Positions 50,761-62,449 of a stretch of 64,000 bases of DNA are shown one piece after another. This DNA comes from Lama guanicoe (Eukaryota). The stretch lies in the NCBI GenBank assembly GCA_013239625.1, contig MU053934.1:11323003-11387002 (forward strand). Direction: 5' to 3'. A program made the position numbers and the translations under genes. Every line of letters begins with the position of its first letter. Position 1 is the first letter of the stretch. The notes under the pieces are model-generated. The model ran no database searches and was not told the origin of the DNA. It saw only the letters and a program-made list of their open reading frames with translations.

Positions 50761-53700
50761 CAGGTGCCACACGCAGTCCAGCCTGGGCGCAGCCCCGTGG
50801 GTGCTTTGGGTCCTCGGCCTGGGCGGAGGAGACCTCCTTGTGGGGAAGCATGAACGGAGGCTCTGAGACTAACCCCCACCTCTGCCCCCCAAGAAAGCAA
50901 ATAAAAGTCAACTGCATCTCAAGAGAGTGGTGGGGGCCATGCTGCCCCTGAAGACCTAAGGGGTGTGTTGGGGGTCCCTGCTGCTCCATTGTTAGTTCTC
51001 CAGCCTGCCCTCAGCTGACCAGATGGATCCCAGAGGCCGGCAGTGGGCCATCAGTCATTCAACCCTGCAGACCCCCGTGTTAGACACTGCGGTGGTGCAG
51101 AAAGATAACACGGAGGTTATAGAAAGTCCTGGGAGGCGGGGCAGTGCCTCCCCATCGCTCAGCTGTGTGTGGGGCAGCCCCGTGGGGCCGTCGGGCTTCC
51201 TCTCACCCTGCCCCCCTTGGAGGGCCGGACCAGCCCCTGATTCCGTGACTGGCCACCTGGTGCCCAGGCAGCTGTGCCCACTGTCCCAGATGGGTCAGCT
51301 GACGGCCAGGGCCAGGGCACCCAGGAGTGAGCTCAGAGCAGGGGGAGGCCAGCTGCTCCTTCCCCCGTCGGCAAAGTGTGGCCGCCAACCAGACCACATT
51401 GTTTCTGGACAAATGAACCAGCAAGCCCTCACTAGGCACCTTCAGAAACCTCATGGTCTACGGCAGGACAAGGGGCCCAAACAGACCATGCAGACCACCT
51501 TCCATGGGTAACACAGCCTCGACCGAGCCCCCACAACAGGCCCGCAAAGCGCCAGCAGACCTCAGGGCCTGGCTGGCTCGCATCCGGCCGGAACAGACCG
51601 CTCACCGGGCAGGTGAGCAAGGCCGGCCTCGGGAGACAAATGGTCTCATTAATGAGATGGATGGCGCGGGCCACTGCTGCGCAGCGTCTCTGCCCGGGCA
51701 GGGGCCAGGTACATTCAGAGCTCCAGCCAGCAGCAGGTGGGCACCAGGCCGGCGGGGTGGGGTGCTCTCGAGGGGAGGGAGCCGCCTGGTCCCCAGTCTG
51801 GGGTGCTGAGCCCTGTGGGGCGGCCAGGCCCGGAGTTGCTCGGATGCTGTGAAGATGATCAGAAGGTGGTTTGGTAGGTGTGTCTGGGGACAGGGGGGCG
51901 GTGGGGGGCGGAGGGGGAGGCTGGGGACAAGGGGATGTTGCGAGATCCCCAGTGGCCAGCTCTTCAGGGTGGAAGTCCCGCCGGGCTGGACGCCCCGAGC
52001 CCCGTCTGCCCCTGCTCCTCCAGCCACAGCGCGGCCCCCCACCTTGCTTCTGCTGGGCCCTTGCTTGGCTGTCTTTAGCGCCCCTGCCAGCCAGTCGAGG
52101 AGGCCCTGGTGGGGTCATCCTGTCTGGACACAAGCACCCTGTGGAGCCCCCCACGCCGGGTCCTGCCCAGAGAACAAATGCAGGAGAGAGGGGCGGGGCT
52201 GGCTGGGGAGGCCTCTCCCACCTCACTCCCCTGTGCCGCCTCCTCCTGGAAGCTTCCCTCGCCCAGATTCATCAGCCTGCCTGACGCATTAGCTGACATG
52301 GTCCTGTGGGGGCCCCCGCACAGCACCCCTAGGCTTGGGCTGGAAACTCGGCTTCCCCGGCGCTAAAGGCCCCTTAGGCGGGAGCTGGGGGGACACACAG
52401 GCCATTCCCAAGCCTCTTGGGGCCCCAGTGCCCTGCAATGAGGGCCGCCTGCCCCCCTGAGCCTGCGTCAGAGCCTGGCCAGCCTGCAGCCCTGGGGGCA
52501 GGGCTGGACTCGGGCCGGCCTGGCCGGGGTGGGCGTGGGGGACCAGCAGGGCCTCGGGGGTGGGCCACGCTCCAGGTGCAACTCCTGAGACTCGGCTTCC
52601 GCGCTCAGCGTGCGGGGAGAGCCCGGCCGGGCAGGGCCGGCCTCGGGAGCACGTCTGGTACAGCGGGTCCCGGACATCGGGGTCCCGTTCTTTCCAGAGG
52701 AACTTCTGTCGGGACCCAGAACCCCTCCCCTCTCCTCCTTCAGGGCCGTGCAGTGAGATAAGGACCCCGGGAGCTGCCTGCGTTCCCAGAGCTGGGCCGG
52801 CCCCGCCCTCGTCCGCGAAGAGCGGGGTTTAGCTGGGCAGGTCCTGCCCCGAGCCCATCACAGAACCAGCCACTCAAGCCTCTGAGCCGAGGACAAGCGG
52901 GAACTGGGCTCCTCGGGCGCGCTGAGAAGAGCGGCTCCACCGCAGCCTCCTGCGGACCGTCAGGAGACGACCCTTTCCTCGAGACGCCCATCAACCCCCT
53001 TCGCCACTCCTGGCCGGGGCTTCGAGCGGGAGGAGGTGCCTTGCTGAATCGGTGCCAGAAAACAGAACCCTCAGACGCACCAAATCGGCCGGCGCGCCCC
53101 CGACGGACCATCGGGAACAGGGTTTCCGCAAACCCTCGAGAGCAGCAGACAAGCCACCCGGCCGTTCAGGTGCTTCCCGTTCACATCGGCTCCTGTTTTG
53201 CCCTGATTTGCGTCTTTGGAGCCTTTGTGGCCTCAAAACAGCCGGTGAGGCTGACCTTGGCCGGACAGTCAGCCTGTCTGCCGTCCATCCAAGGCGGGCG
53301 GGACGGCCTCACCGCGCGCAGAGGCCGGCGGGCACCGCCTCCCGCGCTGGGAAGCGTGCGGGGCGGCGAGGCGGCGGCCGGGTGCCCGGACGGGCGCAGG
53401 AGCCGGCGGAGGTGTGAGCAGTGTCTGCACACGGGCGGGGCTTCCCCTAGGGACACGGCGGGTGTCGCTGAGCGTGGGGACACGGGGTCGGCGTGCCGTT
53501 TGCTCCTGACACCTGCGCACGGGGGGCACCGGGGCCGACCTGAGTGGCGGAGGGGCAGCCCCGCGTGGGATCTGCTTCCGCCCCCCGTTCCAGCGCGCCC
53601 GCAGCCTGAGGCAGGCCGGTCGCCGGTGTCGGGCAGGAGGGGCCTGTCCGGGCTGCCTCTCGCTGCCTCTTGTTCCCCTGAGACAAAGCCGTCGGTCCCT

Positions 53701-54149
53701 GCGAGGGCTTTCCCCTCAACCACGGGGTCACGCTGTGTCTTTTCACCCCCGTGCTGAACGTGCTGGTTCTCCCCACGGCACGCGCTCCAGCTCCACCCCG
53801 CAAACCCGCTACCTTTCCTGAGTCTTCCCCAGACTGCTGGCCGTGCAGTCGGGCCCACCTCATCGTTTGTTTCCGAATTACTGGGGACTCCTTCCCTTTG
53901 GAAATGATCTTGTCATTATAGAAAGATTCTATGCGATCTGTCCCCTGCTGTTAGTTCTGCAGGGATCTGGTGAGCGCCAGCTTCCTGCTGAAGTTTCTCC
54001 TGCAACTTCCTGGGCGTCTGAAGACGCCTCCCAGGCCGACGCCCGGGACTGGCCGGAGGGGACCCCAGGCCTGAGCTCTGACCTGCTCCTAAGCTTGCTC
54101 TGTGGCTCTGCTACTCGGAGCTCAGTTAGCACATAAAATCCGTGCCTGC

Positions 54150-54340
54150 ATTTTGTTTCTTTGAGCTTCTTAAATCTGTTTTTCCGTTTTCTTCTGGTAT
54201 GAAGTTAGCTGTCCAGAGTCCTGGTGACACGCCCACCTGTGTCTCGGCCGTTCGGCGACTGTGTGTCCTGGTTGACGCCTGTGCCAGACAGCGCTGTGCA
54301 TACAGCGTCGCTGCTGGCATCTCAGAAGCTTCCTGATGGC
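54150..54340 (-). mobile_element. L1M 3' end fragment
   Basis: T-rich start followed by antisense L1MB/MC-like 3'UTR ending ..CTCAGAAGCTTCCTG. Confidence 0.45.
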
Positions 54341-55489
54341 GTGACGCACAAGCACGTCCCGGTTTGGACACACGTGGAAAACCATCCGGTTAAGCGTGGG
54401 GATGGGGTGGGGCCCAGCTCCTGTCAGCACCACGGGTCCGCCTGTGCTGTGCCCACTCGCCCCCGCAGGTCCATCCTGGAGGGAGGCCCAAGGAGGTGGG
54501 TTTAGGGGTCTCGCAGACTCGGGCTGAAATCCGGGCCGGGCCGCACAGCTGCGAGCGAGCCCAGCGCCCGGGACGGGCTGCCTCTGCCTGCGCTGGTGCT
54601 GCCGCCTGTGAAATGGGCCGGCATTGCCCCTCAGGGAGTCCGTGGGGCGAGACGCCGCAATGAAGTGATGCACTTGATGGTACCCTGGCTGCCCCCGCCC
54701 AGGCCCAGAGGGCTTCCCTTGCTCCCAAGGTCCTTGGAAGGCAGCGAGTGCTGAGTTGCACAATCTCCTTCCACAAATGCAGGGCTGAGATCTCTCTCCG
54801 CGCTAGCAAACGTCCGCTGCTAGCCAGGACCCCAGACTCCTCTCCTGCAGACGGCCTCACGCCGTACGTTCTGCAGACACGGGGCCTCTCCGCTGTGCAG
54901 AGGGCAGCCAGCACCACCCTGGAGGCCGGGCCATCGGAGGCAGCTGTGCGGGCCATGACAGGGCCTCTGTGGTGGGAGCCAGCCTCCCTGGGAGGGCCGC
55001 CCCAAACCTCACTCAAACCCATGAACTCATGCGGATGACAGAATCAGTCTCCGAATTCTAATGAGACTGTGCGCCCGGAGACGGACAGCTCATCTGAAGA
55101 CTGAATGAGAAAAATTGCTGCTTTTGCTGGTTCCTTTAGAAACTCATTTGCATTCTGTCAGCTTCCATTATAGAGGGGAGCTGCGGAATTGGGGGGATAC
55201 GGGGGAGGGGGCGGCCCTCTGCCGGGCCGGGGGTGGGTGCTGTGTGGCTGGGGGGACAGCTCGCTGCGGGACCCACCATCTCCCGCCTCCCCCGGCCCTC
55301 GGACCCCTCTCCCTCCCTCAGCCTCCCAAGGTCCCCCACCCGCCAAAGCTCCGTGGAGAGTGGGCGCAGCCTCCTTGCCCTGCTCCCTTGCTGTCCTGGA
55401 GGCGAAGGCCAGGAGCCCAGCCTCCTCACCCAAGGGTTTCCTCCGTGTGTCTCTCTGGCGTCCCCGCAGGGATCTGGCCGTCTCTCTCC

Positions 55490-55900
55490 TGCGCTCTCTA
55501 TGGTCCGGAGACAGATCACCGCAAACCCTGGGGCTTAAAACAAGGCACTTGTCACTTCCCACAGCCCTGCAGGTTGGCCGGTGGTCATTCTGCTGGTCCG
55601 ACCTCACGGGACTCACTCCTGGGACTCAGTCTAACTGCAGCCGGGCCGTCCTGGAAAGTCCAAGAAGGGCCCCCACGTGAGCACGGGCCGGGACAGGGAG
55701 CCAGGCTGGGCAGCGTGAGCAGAGCTGACCACACGCGCCAGACTGTCCACAGAGGCGTCCGCGTCAGGTGCGTGGCCCCGACGTGCGCGAGGCTCGAACC
55801 ACCTCACTTAGAGTCCACGTCCTGCTGCCCAGCGGCCGCCCGCAGAGTCTCGCACTGGAGGTGTGGGGCGGGCAGAATGTGAAGTCAGCCCCCAACGCTA
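55490..55900 (-). mobile_element. Old MLT1 (H/J-like) LTR
   Basis: CACCGCAAACCCTGGGGCTTAAAACAA..TTCTGCTGGTC..GTCCAAGA. Confidence 0.6.
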
Positions 55901-56739
55901 ACAGCTGACACTGGCACTAATGGTAATTAAAATTTAGCACAGAGATGTGCTTTTAGGAGATTGGCATTGCTGGTGGGTCCCGACCCTTACGCGTCTCCCT
56001 AAGCGACGGAGGACAAGCACGTCTCACGTTAAATGAAGTCCATCTCATGGGCTTTTGAGAGAGGAAAGATGCCAATGCATTGCTTTTCCTTCCTTCTTGA
56101 TTTACAGATACGTCCGCTGCATAGACAAACACCCTGTCGGGACTGCTGGCCCGTCAGGCTCCGCTCCCCCCGCCCCCCGAGGCAGTGCCTTCATCAATTT
56201 CCACACGGGTCCGTGACCCCTAATAACAGCTTTGTACTGTAAGCACTTTCCGTACCCTGAAAATTGCATTACATGTTAGAAATATTATCTCCCTGCAGTG
56301 AACTATCAGTTAATGACGAGCTGAGCAGGTGAAACGCATGTCAGGGAGAGGGCGCGGACTTCACGGAGCAGTTCCGGCCTGGCGGGGCGTGGCCGTGCTG
56401 CGTGAGCGGCATCCACGCTGGGGGACGTCGGGGCTGCCGTCGGCAGCGCGGTGTGGAGACAGACGTGTCGCCCGGGGCACGCGGCAGCTGCGGACGGCGG
56501 AGATTCTCACCCGCTCAGCCGGCCCCCGCGGCCTCCCAGACCCGGTGTGCAGGCGCAGGGGCCTCTGGGTCTCCCTGAGGGTCTCCCTGTGGACACGCGC
56601 AGTGCCTGGCTCAGCTTTCTTGCTGTGATTTGATGAGCTGGGCTCCTGCTGGGGCCTGAAGCAGGTAGGGGCTCAGCTCATCTCCTGAGAACTGTGTGGG
56701 CAGCACCCACCCGTGAAGGCTCCCGGGGGGCGGGACTAG

Positions 56740-57050
56740 TCTAGGCTAGGTGCTGGGAAGAAATGGAGATGGGGGAGGGGCTGAGTGGCGGGGCAGAGAG
56801 GCTGGCTTAAATACTGCAGTCCTGGAGGGCCTCTCTGAGGAGGTGACTTTTGAGGAAAGTCCCAAAGGAGATGCAAGAGCAAGTCACGTGACTAGACGGG
56901 AGGAGGGAGCCCAGGACAAAGGGCACAGGGGTGTGGGGTGTGGAGGCTTTGGGGAACATGCCCTTTCCCAAGGGCGACAAGACCAGTGTGGCTGGAGGGG
57001 GACGGAAGTGAAGGGGCAGTGACAGCCGCAGGCAGGTCCTGGGGCACCCA
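56740..57050 (-). mobile_element. L2 fragment
   Basis: GGCCTCTCTGAGGAGGTGACTTTTGAG...GACCAGTGTGGCTGGAG. Confidence 0.8.
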
Positions 57051-57121
57051 ATTTCCTTATTTGTGAGACAATTCATGGCAGGGTCCTGAGCAGGGAACTG
57101 ACCCAGCTTCGTGCAGAGAAT

Positions 57122-57179
57122 AGGCAGGAGGCGCTGCGGAAATGAGGCAGGAGGCGCTGCAGAAATTAGGCGGGAGGTG
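57122..57179. repeat. 23-bp tandem repeat x2.5 (AGGCAGGAGGCGCTGCRGAAATK)
   Basis: Directly visible. Confidence 0.85.
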
Positions 57180-57446
57180 AGGCAGCTCAGAGGAGGGGGC
57201 GTGAGGACGGCTGGATTCAGGCGGGCTTCATTCACATGGGCAGGACTCTGAGGTCAGAGAAGGGCTGCAGAAGAGAGAAGACACAAGGAGGATGCAAAGC
57301 TTTGGGTCTGGCTAGTAGGGGTCTGATGGGACTGGCTGAAGCCCGACATGAGCTGGGAGCTGGGCAAGGAACCACCTGTCGGGGAGCCAAGAGTGAGGTG
57401 CAGATGCCAACAGGTCCCCGGGGGGGCTGAGCAGGGGCTGTGGACG

Positions 57447-58370
57447 GGGTGAGGACCAGGGTGAGGACCAGGGTGAGGACCAAGGTGAGGCCCAGGGTGA
57501 GGACCAGGGCAGGGACCAGGGTGAGGACAGGTGAGGACAGATGGGGACCAGGAGAGGACAGGTGGGGACCAGATGAAGACCAGAGTGAGGACAGGTGAGG
57601 ACATGTAAGGACAGGTGAGGACCAGGGTGGGGACGAGAGTGAGGATGAGGGTGAGGACCAGGTGAGGACCAGATTGAGGACAGGTGAGGACCAGGGTGGG
57701 GACCAGGGCGAGGACAGATGAGGACAGATGGGGACCAGGTGGGGACCAGGATGAGGACAGATGGGGACCAGGTGGGGACCAGGGCGAGCACAGGTGAGGA
57801 CAGATGAGGACCAGGTGGGGACCAGGGCGAGGACAGGGGAGGACAGGTGAGGACAGGTGGGGACCAGGATGAGGATAGGTGAGGACAGATGGGGACCAGG
57901 TGGGGACCAGAGTGAGGACAGGTGAGGACAGATGAGGACCAGGTGGGAACCAGGGCGAGCACAGGTGAGGACAGATGGGGACCAGGTGGGGACCAGGGTG
58001 AGGACAGGTGAGGACAGGTGCGGACCAGGTGGGGACCAAGGTGAGCACAGGTGAGGACAGATGGGGACCAGGTGGGGACCAGGGCGAGGACAGGTGAGGA
58101 CAGGTGAGGACAGGTGGGGACCAGGGTGAGGATAGGTGAGGACAGATGGGGACCAGGTGGGGACCAGGTGGGGACCAGGGTGAGGACAGGTGAGGACAGA
58201 TGGGGACCAGGTGGGGACCAGGGTGAGGACAGGTGAGGACAGATGAGGACCAGGTGGGAACCAGGGCGAGCACAGGTGAGGACAGATGGGGACCAGGTGG
58301 GGACCAGGGTGAGGACAGGTGAGGACAGGTGGACCAGGTGAGGACAGGTGGGGACCAGGTGGGGACCAGG
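57447..58370. repeat. G-rich minisatellite/VNTR (10-12 bp units GGTGAGGACA / GGTGGGGACCA / GGGTGAGGACCA)
   Basis: ~920 bp of contiguous variant units with a ~43-bp higher-order unit. Confidence 0.97.
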
Positions 58371-60119
58371 CTGTGGAGGAGGCCTCCCAGGACCTGCATT
58401 CTGCTCCCAGGGTTTCCTCACTCATCAGAGACATCTTTCCAACTACCTGGCTGTGCAGCCCAGCTCTGCAGTTTTCAGCACCTGTCTGGCCGGCCCTGCC
58501 CCTTGTGAGGAATGAGCTCTGCTCTGCACGGCCCCCTCCCCCGCCGTGGCCACGGCCTGGTCCCCCCCAGCCTCCCGCTCTGGTCTGCACCCAGATCTGT
58601 TATGAGGGGACTTTCTCTTGGACCTCTTGTACCAGTTACTCCCACATCTGGCTGCTTTGCAGAGAGTTCCCGGGCGGGGTTCGACCCCCCTCCCCCGCTC
58701 CGTGTGTCACTGTCACACTGTTGGGCACGCATCCTGAGCCTTTGCAGAAGCTGCTCCCTTTCCCTGCCATGCACGTCCCTTCCTTTGGTTCCCATGAAGG
58801 GACTTTCCAGGAGCAGCTGCCTGCCTGGCTCTGAGCATCCCATCTCTGCTCCCTGCAGACCGATGGCCATGCCCACCAGCTCCCCAACCCCGGCACAAAC
58901 GGTGCTCATCCGGGGTTTGCGGAAGGAAGGAAGGTACCGGGGATGTAGAGGGTAGGTCCTGCGGATGGGCTGGCTGGGGGCTCAGACCTGCCCTCACCCG
59001 CCCAGCACCAAGAGGAGACGCAGACCCAGGGCCGGCCAGGAGTCAGGGCGAGTCGGGAGAGACTCGGGATCATGTTAAAGAGGGGACGCCCTGGGTGCTG
59101 GTCCTGGAGGCCAGGTTTCTAAGTTGTCTGCATCTGCGGTTTCCACGCAGCAAGAACCGGGCTGGCTCTGAGGCGAAACTCTGAGATGAATGGAGAGAGG
59201 GATCGGATTCCGCAGAAAGAAAGGGCGGGCCTGGGGTCACCTGAGAAAGGTCTGCAGATGTTTCACTAACGCTCTGCGACCCCAGGTGCTTCTTCCCCAG
59301 GCGGGCTCGGCTGGCTGCCGCCGAGCCAGGCGGCTGGGGGTCGGGGGTCCGGAGGAAGAGCAGGGCCCCCAGCCCACCGGGCTCGGCCGCTGGGCTTCAC
59401 AGCTCCCGTCTCGGCCCGTGAAGAATGGGGAAGGCTGTTTCTGGTGCTGGAGTGAATTATCCACTGCGGAGCGAACCCCTGCCCTCTGAGTGCCTTTAAG
59501 AACACAGAGGAACTAGAAGGTCCACTTGTTTTCCTTAATATCTGTCCTTCTTTCCCTGTGGGGTCCTGGGAGAGCCGGGCCTCTGCTGCATGTGGCTTTG
59601 ACCTCCTCAGCCCCTCCCCACACCGGACGCCCTGGGGGCCTTCCACGCAGCACCTCGGCCCATCCTCGGCCTCCTCCACCCGGGTCCTGTCCTCAGACGC
59701 CTGCGCTCTCACCCTGCCACCCACACCCGCACGTCCTCAGCCTTCCCTGCCCTGGACTTGCCTGCAGACCTCAAAGCTGGAAGGAGGACCCTGCGGGCGG
59801 CCCCTCCATCCCCCACTGGCCTCTCCCTGCCCCTGCCCCTGCCCCAGCCACGGCCAGGCCCCCAGATGTCTGGTACGCCCCCCACCAGGTGAGAGCCGGG
59901 GCTGTTCTGTCAAAGGGGCGCCCGGTGAGGGTTTGGGGTGAGAGCTCGAGTCCCGGGCTCCCAGCCTGCTGGCCAGCGGAGCGAGTCCCGGGGCCCTCAG
60001 GGACGCGGGGGACTTGCACAAGGTCCTGGTCCCCAGAAGGGAAAAGACGCAGACCTAGCTGAGAGACGGAGCCCGGCTCGGGCGGCCCTGCCTGGAGCTG
60101 GTGGAGCTAGTTCCAGGTA

Positions 60120-60780
60120 AAGTCACTGGAAGTTCAGAAACTTCAGCACAGATCAGAAAACCACCAAAAAGAAAGCTGAGAAGGTCTAAAACTTTTTTTT
60201 TTAACGGAGCCTTTAAGAAGTGAAAAAAAACATCATTTTTTTAAAGAGAGAAAATTGGCAAAAATGGAAGGGACAGCTGTGTAAGTTCCCGAGAAAGAAC
60301 TTGAAGGACAAACACCAAAGGCCATAAACACCATCACTGAACTGCAGTGAGAAGCAAAGGAGCCGGCGGAGGGACAGCAGCTGCAGACAGAACGGCTGAA
60401 AAGTTTCTAAAATTGGCCAAAGACATGGATCCAGCTGCGGGGGACTCAGGATGAAGACAAGAGCGTAAAGAGCAGAGTCTCACACTGAGAAAAGCCCTCG
60501 AAGGGCGACCTGGCGCGCCCCGGGCTCAGAGCCGGGAGCCTGAGAGCGGCCGGGGAGGAAAGACGCGTCCCCACCGGGTGCCGGCGGGGACAGCAGGAGC
60601 CGGAGTGCGCGGCCGGTGACAGCTCCGAAGGGCTGAAGGGAAAACAGTGAGTCAATACTTCCACATCTAGCGTCAAGAGAAAAGGAAGAAGGAAAAGTAT
60701 TTTCAGACAGAAGCGGAGACTTTCCCACCCAGAAATCCTGGGAGAAGTTTTCCTAAAGCAGAGACTCACGAGCTTTGCTG
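60120..60780 (+). mobile_element. L1M ORF1 remnant
   Basis: AACGGCTGAAAAGTTTCTAAAATTGGCCAAAGACATGGATCC..GGGCTGAAGGGAAAAC..GTATTTTCAGACAGAA. Confidence 0.75.
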
Positions 60781-61559
60781 CAAACACGCGGGGCTCTGAG
60801 GCGGCGTGTGGCCTCCATCGCTATTTTGACCCCTTAAAAGCCCATTTTTCCTGACCAGCCACCCAAAAGACACAGCCAAGCAGAACACAGCTCCTAAGGA
60901 GGCGGCGGGCTGCGTTCGGCCCACGGGCCGAAGTTTTCTGCTGGAAAACAATGGTCTTTAAACAAAAAGACAACTCAAACCGTTGTTGATAGGGGGCAAG
61001 GAGAGAGAGAATTGCCAATGACCAAGAGGTGATTTTACAAATTCAGGCAGATTCCACAGTCGTTTCGCCGACCTCAGACTGTCACGGAACTGATGGATCT
61101 GATCAAAACTTAAAATAATTCCAGTAACAGTTCATTTTTAATGATTTAATCATCGGTTGGTTCTAATGCTCACACCGTAACCATCTAAGATGGTGTCTAA
61201 TGCCCGGGTCCCTCCGACCTGGCTGTTGCTTGCTGGGTAAGGAAACACGGACATCAGGGTAGCCGCGTCCTGACCCTCCCGCACAGGCGCTGGGAGCGGC
61301 GGGCGGCTGGGTCTCAGAGGCCACCGCGCAGGGACAGTCCCACGGCGGCTGGGGCTGCAGCGTCACCGAGGCTGACTCAGTCACACAGCCGCTGACGCAC
61401 CTGCGGGCGCGGGCTGGCCCTCCGCTGGGGCTGCCGTGCGACCCCTCCACATCCCCGCCAACACCTGTCATCTTCTGGGTGTTTTAAATCAGCCATCCTC
61501 AGGGGTCTGAGGGGCATGCGTCCCCCCTTTTGTGTCCCGGCTTCAGAGTCGGCGTCCCA

Positions 61560-62438
61560 GAGTTTCCAGGGACGGGAGCGCGGACCCCTCGTCAGCGGGA
61601 GAGCCGTGCATGTCAGGCTGTGGGCGTGCCGCTGGGGGACGTGTGGGGCACACGGCTCCACGACAGCCTCAAAGAACTGATGCATGCCGGACGAAAAGGT
61701 CCCTTCATTTCTCATCTTCTGTGTGTGACCACTTTCTCAGTGCTTTAGATTAAAATTTAAAATTAAAAATAAAATGGATGCTGAGTGTCATCTTATTCCA
61801 GGAATTAGTCATCCAGGGGGGCGTGATTTAAATGTGGGGATGAGATGCATTTAAAACCCCTTTTTACGTTTGCTAATCATTTGTCAAATGTAAATGACGT
61901 TCATGGGCTTTTAATCTCGGGTTGTGATAATGATTCTGATCATAACTCAACCTAGAAGAAATTTTAGCATTGAAAGCGCACCAGCCCCTGGACATTAAAA
62001 ATATCAATTGATACACATATTTATTCATGTTATAGTGTGGAATTACGGTGGGACTATCAACAACCTCGGAAGCATAGAATAGATGAGGCTACAATTTAAT
62101 GGAGGGCTAGAGTGGAAATATGAAATCAAGGTAATAATTAACTGTTTTGGTTTCAACTTCAACTATCAAACCAGCACTTACTGAAATTGTTACAAGACAG
62201 ATGCCTGGTATTCATTGTTGTATGTTTAGGTTTTGACGCAAAAACGTTAATTAACGGTGTAAGAGTTTTGTTTTAATGTCTGACTTGCCATGAAATCACA
62301 TTTTTGTGGTTACTTACACTTATGATGACGAATTTTAGATGTCACCATTTTTAAACATTCTAATGTGAAGAATAATATCTAATGTGTAATGTGCATCGTA
62401 ATTAAATTTCATCAAGCGAGCGCCTGGTAACAAGCACT
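61560..62438 (+). mobile_element. hAT-Charlie (Charlie2-like) DNA transposon: transposase C-terminus and 3' end
   Basis: LGDVWGTRLHDSLKELMHA..PFISHLLCVTTFSVL*IK..KNKMDAECHLI resembles the hAT dimerisation-domain end (LCDFW..EFKELSDIA..LPFPSTYLCEQGFSVL..RNRIDAEPCLI). Subterminal ATAACTCAACCTAGAAGAAATTTT and ACTTATGATGACGAATTTTAGATGTCA; ends CACTG. Confidence 0.7.
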
Positions 62439-62449
62439 GGGTCACGAAG

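Noticed and set aside
53050-53800. CpG-island promoter of an unknown gene (238-aa and 225-aa ORFs)
   Set aside because: No recognisable exon or protein, and the flanks look like antisense L1 5' sequence. Treated as a GC-shifted repeat patch.
54424-54435. REST/NRSF site (TCAGCACCACGG); also GCTGTCC..GGTGCTG near 38784
   Set aside because: The first lacks the GACAG right half and the second has non-canonical spacing. Both are too weak to call.
57447-58370. CRISPR-like array or immunoglobulin switch region
   Set aside because: No unique spacers, eukaryotic context, no AGCT pentamer clusters and no Ig exons nearby. It is a minisatellite.
61740-62440. AT-rich island as a possible NUMT or endogenous viral element
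   Set aside because: No mitochondrial or viral similarity recognised. It is better explained as the 3' end of a Charlie-type hAT transposon.
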